Below, piece after piece: positions 1 to 10,713 of a DNA stretch of 64,000 nucleotides. Each line of letters opens with the position of its first letter. The first letter of the stretch is position 1. The notes below the pieces were generated by a model. It made no database searches and was not told where the DNA came from. It saw nothing but the letters and a program-made list of their open reading frames with translations. The position numbers and the translations under genes are program-made. This stretch comes from Azolla caroliniana. Taxonomy: Eukaryota > Plantae > Polypodiophyta. The stretch lies in the NCBI GenBank assembly GCA_043228905.1, contig JBHGNT010000011.1, positions 4,402,001 to 4,466,000 on the forward strand, given 5' to 3'.

Positions 1-1783
1 GTAGAGTAGACCCCCAGTTCGAATTGAAATCACAAGCGGCGAAGAAAATCTACCTGACAATTGAAGAAGCGGCTGACGACATGAAGTTGCCTCTGTGGAG
101 AGCAATGCAAGGTATTAAGGATGACCAGCTATTGGTGTCAATGTTGTCGAGGGTTGTGGCCAAAGAATTGAGCCTAGAAGAGATGGTCACTAAGTGCAAC
201 AAGTCTTGACAAATAGTTAAATGAAACAGTTATGGTCTTATATAAAGTTTTAATCTCTATTGGTGATTTCACAGTCATAAGGTATATACGAAGATCCAAG
301 AAGTTATGATGAAACAACTTGGATGTATAACTTGGGAACAAGTGACTGAGGATTATCCTCTGACGTCTTCATATAAGGTGTTATCTGAGTATTTCATTGC
401 ATTCAAGGATTGGGTTAGTATTCGTCTTTATAATAATGATTTCTTAATATGTAAATGTTGTGTATTAATAGTCGATGCCTTATTTTCTCTATTAGAAACC
501 TTCTCGTGGCAAGAAACCAAGAGAAGTCAAGGATATACACGACTTTCCAACATCCTTCCTTGCCCATCTCAAGACAGCCAAAAAAGAAAAAGATTGCCGC
601 TTAGTCAAGGCGTATGAAATTGAAGAAGATGGCTCCTTCAAAAAAATTAGCCACAAGAAAAACATTACAAAAGATCTCTACTATAATGTGATATATGGCG
701 ATGGCGTAGAGATGATCCAGAAAGTGCCAAAGAAAGACTACACTTTTGATTATAGATATACCTTATGGATTTCGAATGGTTGGATCATCATACGACGATG
801 AACCTTTCAGGTTCAAACAATTAGAAAAAATGGTTAAAGATTTTGCTGAGCTAACGACTGCATCTTTGTGGAGGATAGTTGTGTTTCATAGCATGGACCA
901 AGGGTACTCGGTAGCTCAAGCATTGAGATCTCGTTGCCACGGTATTGAGAACCTTGCTTGGTAAGGATTATTTATAAGTCTCATTCACCATACTTTCGTT
1001 CTTAATTTTATCGAATCTATTCTTAACTCACCTACTATTCATTATAGGATAAAAACCAACGTGAATAGAGGACCGACCTTTCGGTTCATAAATGCAATTG
1101 AGTACATTACGGTTGGTTACTTTGACGAAATAAAGAAACAAAGAATCAAGGCGCACTCTAATGAAGTTGAAGGTTCAAACCTGCTGGTATATCCAGCAGT
1201 CACATGCAAATTGCGACATGTCACCACGACAGAACGGGGACTTGTCAACCCATACCAAAAACCTCAACGACTTAAGATGTGCTTGATCGAAATGTTCTCG
1301 AACGAAGGAGATTGGATATTAGACTTATTTTCTAGCACAGGTATCCTTCGAACTGGGTTTAGGTTGCTAATATAATCAATATTGATTCTTATGGTTGGAT
1401 AACTAAGTCTTCTTGCCCATTTATTTACAGGTACAATGTCTGCATGCGCATTGAAGCTCTTCAGAAATACGATAGCATTGGAGAAGGACGAGGAGGAGGT
1501 TATATTTATAAATATGAGGATTAAGGCCTTGTGCGAATGCCCAGACCAGGACAAGGAGGTCGATGCAAAGCACCTCGCTGATACAAAACGGTTTTAATTG
1601 GCTTCCCGAGAGCCTATTCCTTCGTTAGTTGGGGAGCTAGGGGAGCTAATTGAGTTTGATGAAGAGCTTACAGAAGATCTTACGGTTGCTCGGCTAACAG
1701 GGGAAGACAATGCACAAGTAGCTTATGAGACTTCTCTAAGGGAAGATGACGATAATGACATTAACGATTTGATTGTTATGTAA
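1..1783 (+). pseudogene. 3' part of the intron-containing ParB-like/N6-N4 DNA methyltransferase gene, copy 1 (frameshifted)
   Basis: ORF pieces 24-209, 306-, 746-964 (IDIPYG), 1061-1375 (NPYQKP...WILDLFSSTG) and 1598-1783 match the minus-strand gene at 10714-14587. Introns fall at the same positions. A 2-bp deletion lies just before IIDIPY (~745). Confidence 0.85.
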
Positions 1784-1980
1784 TAGAATGCTTTTTTGAT
1801 GAAGTGTAAACTTATGAATTCCAAGTTCTAATATAAATTTTGGGTTCTTCCATTCGTGTAGTCTATTGTTTACATTGTTCTATATGTTTCAATTATATTC
1901 CTATACACTTGGTTTGTTTACTTATGACTTCGGAAAGTTAAAGCTATATGAATGTTATTCAATTATTGTGTAAGGGAACC

Positions 1981-2136
1981 TTACTTAACCTTAAGCGTGA
2001 TTTCGCGCATATATCAAGTTGACTCTAATATGGAGAAACATGATTTACTTAACCTTAAGCCTAATTTCGCGCATCCATTGTTGTCTCTAATATGGAGAAA
2101 TATGAATTACTTAACCTTAAGCCTAATTTTGAGCAT
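1981..2136. repeat. Three tandem copies (about 63 bp) starting ttacttaaccttaagc in the 3' non-coding part of transposon copy 1
   Basis: Units begin near 1981, 2045 and 2107, and the first two share ctctaatatggagaaa. Confidence 0.7.
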
Positions 2137-3101
2137 ATGCAAAACATGACTTATTGATAGTGACAATCTTCCAAGTCAAAGTTTACCTAAACATATTATC
2201 CCCATTGCCATGTGTTGCACACAAACATGTGGAGATTGTCAGTTTAGAGACTTTCAAAATTGTCGATGTCGGTGATGTGAATGGTCATCAAGATTGTCAA
2301 AGTGGTTAATTGAGATCGGTTGTCAAGACTGTCAAACTGTGTCTAATATATAATTGTCCATATATTATGGTTCTTTGTCTTCTATTGCTGCTAAGAATGG
2401 GTAGTGTGTTCATAATTATTAAACTATTATGTTTGTTTGTCTTCCATTGCTGCTTACTTTGGGTAGTGTGTTGATAATGGTTGATGCTACATTGTCCCAT
2501 TAGTTGCATAACCTTGGAGTAACACCTCTCATCAATATCTACATGTTTCATACGCTTGTAGTTTAACTAGTGTTATCATTTGGAGTTCAATCCCATGAGA
2601 ATCACCTAAGGATTAGATTGCATCAAATTTAAACACAAGTATAGAAAGCTTTAATAACTTTGTTATTTCAATCACATTATCCTAAGGTTCACTATCTTAC
2701 ATTAAGAACAATTATATAGATACGAGTATGGGTCAAACTCTTAATTAAAACTCATTTTATTAACATGGATACAATTACACCTCATATTTTTGCTAGACTT
2801 ACCAAACAAATATAAGTCTTCATTTGAGTGTTTGCCATGTCCCACAAAAGTGTGATATTGAGCCATTGTTGAACTTTATTATAATCGCATTAACATATCA
2901 ACAATTCCAAAGTTGATTGAATTTCACATGTTCTCCACTCGAAGACCTATCATGTTTTATTAATTTTGCAAATTCTAATCAAGTTGTTGAACATGTGATA
3001 CTAGTGCATCCAATTTTTGTAGAGAGGGTATATGTGGATAATTACAAAAGGAATCTACAAGTGGAATGCGCGATCCTTCCACTTGTGAACACAAACGTGT
3101 T

Positions 3102-4085
3102 TAATTATTATTACTTTGATATTTACAATTGGTTATACATAAGACCTCATTCATGTGCTTCCGTGCACTCTCTTGTTCACACGTAGTCAGTGAGCTTTCT
3201 TCTTGTGGCCGGAATCCTCCACGACATCCACCCCCACCAAACCACACATCCTCCAGCATGTGCCAATTAGTGAAGCATTGGAGAATTCCGGATCGACCCT
3301 TACTCATCCTCCTCCGATCCATCGTCAATCCGATCCTCATCCGGCTCCTCGTCCTCCACCTCCGGATCCGGTTCCGCCTCCTGTCGCTTTCGTTAAGACT
3401 TTGATCCGCATCCCCGCAACCAGTACAACCATCTTTGTCCTGTCGAGTTCCGCAAGGTGATACGTGGCATTGTCGTTGGCGTTGGTCACCACATATGGCC
3501 CGAACCACCGTCTTGCGAACTTCCCGTCGACTGGTGTTGGTTGTCGAGGCTATATTTGTAGACCAGTACCCAGTCACCTTCTTCTATCTTCTTTGGTCGC
3601 AGTCAGTGCAACCAGTCGAACCATTCCTTGTTCTTCATCCGTGCCTCCTATACCCTCATCCTCACTCGTTCCACGTCCCCCAGTTGTCGCTCGAGTTGCC
3701 AAATCTGCACGGCCAACAACTCTTCCCGGCTCATCTCGTCTGTCTAGTCAACCACCATCCATAAAGTAATGGTCCTCTCTACCGGCATTATCGGCTTCTA
3801 TTCGAACATGAGCTCCGTCGGCATATACCCTATTACCGAACTGTGCGTAGTTCGGTTGACCCACAACCCATATGGCAGGAGTCGCAGCCAATTTTCGACT
3901 CATCAGTCGCAAACTCGTACGATTGACTTCACAACCGGTCCATGCCCTCGTTCAACCTTCCCATTCGCCTTCAGATTGTATGTCGTCGTGAGGGAGAGCT
4001 TGACCCCTAGTCAGTCAAACAACTCTGTTAATGGGTGGGGGTGTGAAGCCTAGAATGGCTCCACCCCCCTCCTAAGGGGGGTTAC

Positions 4086-4138
<53 letters not shown>

Positions 4139-6827
4139 ATGTAAGTTAGTTGGACATCACATTCGTCATTTGTTCTGATAAGAAAGGTTAGAGGATGTCG
4201 AGAGACATATTCATGGTTTGTAATGATATGAATATGTATCTCTCTATGTAGATATGTAAATTTGACTTACAAGTTGTAATAGGGGTTTTTTTACATGCAA
4301 TTAATATAATTGTGTGATTTTACCAACAAAGAGAGAGAGAGAGAGAGAGAGAGAGGAAGAGAGTGAAAATAAGAACACCACCAAAATGAGAGGGAAAAAG
4401 TTATCTCATTACATACCCCATAGGGGGTTTATATAATACATCCAATGTAATAGTTACATGACCGTTACACATTCTTGTACACATGTACATAATTGTGCAT
4501 GTGTCCATACACATACTCATCCTCACACACTCATTTACTTTACACATACACATCAACCACATCATTACACATACCCTTATGCCTCCCTGTATATTCTTAC
4601 GGGTAACACATGGCACTCTTGTGGGACAGTGCATTGCACGGTGAACCCACTCGCCATGACAACTCTTCTCGACCGGAACTCCATCGGTCATCTCAACGGT
4701 CAGAAATCTCTCGACCGGATCATTGCTCTACAATCGATAACTTCGATCGGAGCTTTGCTTGACTCAAACCTTCTCGTTTGGTCAACACAAGTTGCGATTG
4801 TATCATACACCAATCGGCTAGTTCAATGTGGCATGGGTCATGAAATCATGTTGTGCGTTTGTGTATTCTTTCTTTCATCATGTTAGTTGTGTTTTCAAAT
4901 TTTCATGGCGTACCACTTATTTTTTGAAATTCTAGTTTTTACTGTCATGTTTTCTTATTTTTGGCCCTTGAGTTTTCGAAATTTTCTCTTCTGCACTCGA
5001 GCTTCTGAAATTCAATGGTATGCCCTCGAATTATTGAAATTTTCCTCTCTGACCCTTTCTCTTTCTCTCTTGTTTTCTTGTTTTCTTGTTTTCTTGTTCA
5101 TTTTTTGTTCTCTCTATCTGTTGATTTTGTTTTCTTCTTTATCTTCTTCATCATCTTCTCTTCTTGTTGCTTCTTCTCTCTGTTGTTGTCTATTCTTCTT
5201 CTTCTCTTTCTTTATCATTGTCCTCCTCTGATTTCTTCCTTTTCTATCTGTTGCTTCTGCCTTTCTCTTCTTCCCTCGGTCATCTATGGCCATTTCCGTC
5301 TATGGTCATCCTTCTGTCTCTGCCAGCCGTGACAGTCGAACACTCTCTGCTTGACGGTCGTCGTCGTCGTCGTTTGTCCAGCCGACTCTGTCCGCCACTA
5401 TTCGGCGATTGTTCGAACAATAGGCTCTCGGTTTGGTCGTGTCTTTCTGGACACCTGTCAGACTTCGGACATCTCTCAACGGCTGGCTCTGTACGGCTTC
5501 TGGACTATCTTTCCGGCTCTGCCGCCGTCAGTCGTCGTTCGTCCGCTCCGTTGGACATCAGCCGCATCTCAGTAGGCTCTTGGATGACACTGATCTCTCA
5601 GCAGATTCTTGACCCAACCGTCTCTCGGCCATCACTTGGCCGTACTCTTGGCCGCGCGTCTCGGTCGTACTCTTAGCCACGCGTGCGGCCGCATTCTCGG
5701 TCATACTCTCAGCCATGCATCTTGACCGCATTCTCGATCGCGCGTCTCGGCTATATTTTCGGCTACGCGTCTTGGCCATGCTTCTCGACTGCACATGTGG
5801 GCCACCTTCGGATGTCTTTGCGCAGCTCTGCCTATGGCCGTCTTTGACCATGGCCATCTCCGCCATCGTCGGATGTCTCTGTCCGGCTGGCCATCGCAGC
5901 TCAGTGGCCATTCCAGATAATTGTAGGAATCAAAATCATTAAACTTCATCTTGAACATGCTTCTAGCACCTTGGGCTTCGTGCGCATCCAGCTCCCCTTG
6001 ATTGGCCATGATTTTCCCTATGCACCTGTACCAGCAAATCACATCTTCTATTATGAACTTGCATACGGCCACGGTCGTCTTGTTCGTCAAGGCTCGTCCT
6101 TCCACCTAGTTTGTCAGGTCCTCCCTTGCCAACACCACTAAATCGACCATCCACTTGAAGTGAATGGTTGGAGAGAAGGTCAGATGCAACTCATCGCGGT
6201 GTCTGATCACGGAGTGCACTTGGCAACTTTCGCATGTCGTCACGAAGTGGTGTACGTTATTGTAAATTCCTTGAGCTTCTCGAATGTAACCCATATCCCT
6301 CGATTTCCAAACCAAGGACTCCCGTGAAACTCGGCTAGTAGCATTGACTGGTCATCTTTCTTCGTCACCACCCGGAGTGGCGTTCTGTTCCGCTTCTTTG
6401 GATGTCGCTAGATCAGCCCGTCCTTCAAGAAGAATTTGTACGCCTTCTTCTAGATCCGACTCGTCTCCTCCTTCGTCCATGACACATCCACCACCATCAT
6501 GCTCAAGAATCTCCTGATAAGAAGCCACTCCCCCTCATAGTCATCTTCGTTTAACGCGTGTAGGGTCAGAGTGCTCTGCCCGTTTTCCGTTAGTCGGGGT
6601 GATTTGAAGAAATCCACTCTGACTTCCTCGTCCTCTGATACCATGTTGTCCTCTCCTTCGAACCGTGTCCCTGATATCATATCATCCATGGCATTGTCCT
6701 TTCCAAAAATGTGTAGGATTTCCAGGTTCAGGGACTTAATATACTGATCCATTTGAGCATAGCCAGATCAGAAGTCGCACATCCGGATATCATCCCGAGA
6801 ATTTGGAGACAATCCCGTCTCGATAAT
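3102..6827 (-). mobile_element. Degenerate Gypsy element G1, RNase H/integrase part, interrupted by an unclassified insert at about 4026-5970
   Basis: Minus-strand fragments YIKSLNLEILHI.GKDN, CESCQVHS, EGRALTNKTT, YNLKANGKVERGH and RTTHSSVIGYMP are homologous to the Gypsy pol at 9030-9666 and 18552-19483. Confidence 0.8.
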
Positions 6828-7138
6828 TGTGCGGAATTAACGGTCGGCCACAATCGAGTCTTAGACACTCAATGGAAGAAACAGAAAACCAGAAATGAGA
6901 CGACACAAGATGTTTACATGGAAAACCCTAATCGGGAAAAACTACGAGAGCCCAAAGACTCCAACTATCATTATAAGAGAAGAAGGATACAATGTGAGAC
7001 TCGAAGGCAATGACCTCGAGCTCTATATCTTCGCCAACCGATGGTTACAACAAAAACTACTTTCTATTTCTCTCGTCCCTCTATACAGCAATAATGATGA
7101 CAACCACTACTACTTAACAGTTTGTCGTAATTGCTTAT

Positions 7139-7560
7139 TGTTGAGATACAAGCTCAACATTGGGTGCGTAAGCCAGTGCGTAGACTAGGAGCGTAAACCG
7201 GGTGTGCAACGAGAGGTCGTAGCGGTGCGTAAACTGGGAGGCCATTTGAGAGATATTCCACGGAGGAAAATATTTTGGGAGTTAGTGTAGGGGCTCATTG
7301 ATAAGCACTAAAGTATGTGTCAGTACTTCTATCAGTCCGTATGGACTTGTATAAAAGTGCTCTCTGAGCACATCCTATGTACAGAGTTTTAGAGTATTGT
7401 TTTGGAATACATTTTTCTGTGTTCTGCTCTCTCTGTCTCTGCCGCGTACGCTGTGTTGATTAAGCTTTCCATTAAACCTTCCTCATCTTCCTTCTCTCTT
7501 TGTCTTTTGTCTGTTGTAACCCGGTTGTGTCTGTTAAGCTTCCGTGCATATTCTTTTTCA
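7139..7560. mobile_element. Solo LTR (422 bp) inserted in the 3' LTR of Copia A
   Basis: TG...CA ends with TSD CTTAT (7134-7138 and 7561-7565). The partner LTR has the empty site gcttatatactag at about 26720. Confidence 0.85.
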
Positions 7561-9666
7561 CTTATATACTAGAACAACTTACAAACTATTTACAAATATG
7601 TTCCTTCTTGTTGATTCATACCGGATCCATCGGTCCGGTTTCTTCCTTCATCCCGTCTGATCTGGCTCATCTGGTTCTCATCCGAAGGGACCTGTTTCCC
7701 AACAAGCTCCCCCTTCACTCCAGCATGGGATGTCTTGTCAATCTGATCCGTCTCTGGCATACGTCCAGCTTGTCGGCTGACAGCACCTTGGTCAACATGT
7801 CCAACCTGTTCTCCTCGGTATGGATCTTCGTCAACAAGAACTCTTTATCTTCTACATTCTCACGGAGCCAGTGGTATCTCCTCTGTATGTGTTTGCTCCG
7901 GGAGTGGTAGGCCACGTTCTTCGCGAGGTCGATGGCACTTTGACTGTCGCAGTAGAGCCGGAATTCCTCTTGTCGGATCTCTAGCTCTCCGATGAAGTCC
8001 TTCATCTAGATTACCTCTTTGCGAGCTTCTACAGCCGCCATGTACTCCACTTCCATTATCAACAATGCAACGGACTTCTGCAACCTCGACTGCCATGATA
8101 CGGCTCCCCCTTCATATGTCATGACATATCTGGAAGTAGACCAGTTGGTATCTGCATCAACCGACATATCTAAATCGGTGAAGCCTTCCAAAAGGGGTTT
8201 ACCGGAGCCGAATCGGAGGCACATACTCGAGGAGCCTTTCAAGTACCAGAGTATCCATTGACCGTGGTCCACTGTTCTCTTCCCGGATTGCTCATGAACC
8301 GGTTGACTATTCCGACAGCATATCCGATATTTGGTCGGGTACACACCATTGCGTACATCAAGTTTCTGACGGCAAAGGCATATGATATCTGTTAGGAATA
8401 TGTCCCTCCAGTGGGAGCAGCCGACTGCTCGGAGAGAGCCGACAGTTGAAGATAGGGAGTAGCCGACTGATTGGATGAGAGCAGACAATCGAAGACAGGG
8501 AGCAGTCGACTGATCGGATGAGAGCTGATGGTTGAGGAGTCGACTTAGAGTGAGTTCATTGAGGTCGAAGACATGATCGGCTAGTCGGGCTGACCGGATG
8601 GTCGATGAGCCGACTAGTCGAACCGACCCGACAGTCGACGAATGAGTCAGCTGATTAATAAGACTACTATTATTATTATTGGATAATAATAATGGCCATG
8701 ATTGTAAATAGCCCATTCTATGTATTAGTATAAATCCACCTAGGGCAAACAGAGCATATAGAGATATAGAGGTCTAAGGCTTAGTAGTGTAGCGAGACAG
8801 AGAAGAGAGTGTATGTGAGAGCGTGAGAGAGTGAGCGGCGTCATAGCTGTGTTTAGCTTTGTTGTATATCCACTATATAGTGAAGCTCCATTCTCTGTGG
8901 TTTTCTCCTGCTTTAGGGTTTCCACGTTAAATCTGTGTACATTGTTTTCTGTGCTTTAGAGTTGTGTATTTCAGCATATTCCTTTTCTAGTGGATTGACA
9001 ATTCGTTTCTCAACAAACTCATTCTCGGAATGATATCCGGTTGTGCTACACCGGATATTGCTATGCTGCGATGGATTGCTTATATCAAGTCCCTCAACCC
9101 CGAGATTCGGCATATAAATGGAAAGCATAATGTGGTGGCCGATATGTTGTCAAGGACGAGGTATGAGGGTGAAGAAGATTTGCACTCCGACGAAGAGGAT
9201 GTTGGCCTAAACTTCTTTACGGTTTCTTGTGCTCAGGTGCTAGCAGTGTTCAAAGTAGAAGATTATCAGGGTGAATTCATCGAAATTGGCAAATACTTAA
9301 GCTCTCTTACAAAAGATGAATCATGGTCAAAGGAAGACTTCTACCAAATTAGGAAGAAGGCCTACAAGTTCTTCCTCAAAGAAGGACATCTGTGGAAGTT
9401 TCCGAAGAAGAAGAATGGAACTCCACTTCGAGTGGTGTGCAAGAAACAGGATCAACAAACACTAATTGTTGAATTTCATGATAGTGTGTGGGCAGGTCAT
9501 CGTGGTATATGGGCAACATTTGCAAAGCTCAAGGAGAAGTATTGGTGGCCGGGTGTTTACAAAGATGTAGCAAGCTATGTTGAAACATGTGAGCAATGCC
9601 AATTATACTCGAATATTCAACATAGGGATGAACTTCATCCGACATATCCATTATCAATGCACTATA

Positions 9667-9702
9667 AACACGTTCGCGTTCACAAGTGGAAGGATTGCGC
9701 AT
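9667..9702 (+). repeat. Left terminal inverted repeat
   Basis: aacacgttcgcgttcacaagtggaaggattgcgcat. Confidence 0.93.
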
Positions 9703-10713
9703 TCCACTTGTATAATCTTCTTAAAACGAAGAAAATACACCCTCTCTACAATAATTGGATGCACTAGTATCACATGTTCCTCAACTTGATAAGAATTTGC
9801 AAATATAAAAATACATGATAGATCTACGAGTGGAGATCATTAGAAATCATGCAAGTTTAGACATGTTGATAAGTTAATGTATCTAAAAAAAGTTCAACTA
9901 TGGCTCAATATGGCACTATTGTGCGACAAGGGAAACACTAACTTAAAGACTTATATTAATTAGGTAGGTTTTACAAAAATATGAGGTGTACTTGTATCCA
10001 TACTAATAAAATGAGATATAATTTATACTTTGACCCATATGTGCATGTATGTAATTGTCGAAAATGTAGGATAGTGCACATTAGGATAAGTGATTGGAAT
10101 AACTAACTTATTAAAGTATTCAATACTTATATTATAAGTTGATCTAATCTATTCCTCAGTTTGTTCATATGGGATCAAACCATATGTGTATATAATTGTG
10201 CACAATGTAAGGCAGTGAACTTTAGGATAATGTCGTGGAAATAACAAACCTATTAGGCTTTCATACCTGTATTTAAAATTGATCTACTCTATTGCTTAGG
10301 TGATTCACACAAGATCAAACTCCGAACGATAACGCAACTGGAACCATTATCAACACACTACACAATCTAAGCAGCAATGGAATAGAAACATAATAGTTTT
10401 AACAATATAAGACAAAGATCCATAATAACAACATGGACAGTCATGGCAATAATTATAGGGCCATGTTCTGTTAAGGTTAGCTTGGACCAAAATCAGCCTC
10501 CATTTAAGCTAGTTCATGTTTCTCCATAAGTTTGGTAGTCAGCTATGCACGCGGTGAAACCACTATCATAAATCTACTAATCAAGTATATAAAAATAAAA
10601 TTGAAACATATAGATGATTATAAAGAATAGAATCCACTAGGTAAAACCCAAAATTTGTATTAATAATGTGAAATCTTAACAAATCGTCAGTGTCATATTC
10701 TTTATAGAGTCTA

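Larger units (their letters stand above)
1..3101 (-). mobile_element. Partial second copy (diverged subfamily) of the Sola-like MTase-carrying DNA transposon, inverted relative to 9667-18547 and running off the window start
   Basis: Terminus atgcgcgatccttccacttgtgaacacaaacgtgtt (3066-3101) is nearly the reverse complement of the TIR at 9667. The subterminal sequence (tgtgatactagtgcatccaatt...) also matches, and it contains the same MTase exons. Confidence 0.9.

Noticed and set aside
4026-5970. Host genes among the ORFs in this insert
   Set aside because: Low-complexity GA/CT and CA-rich sequence plus a fragment resembling a Copia gag start. There is no recognisable domain or clear TSD.
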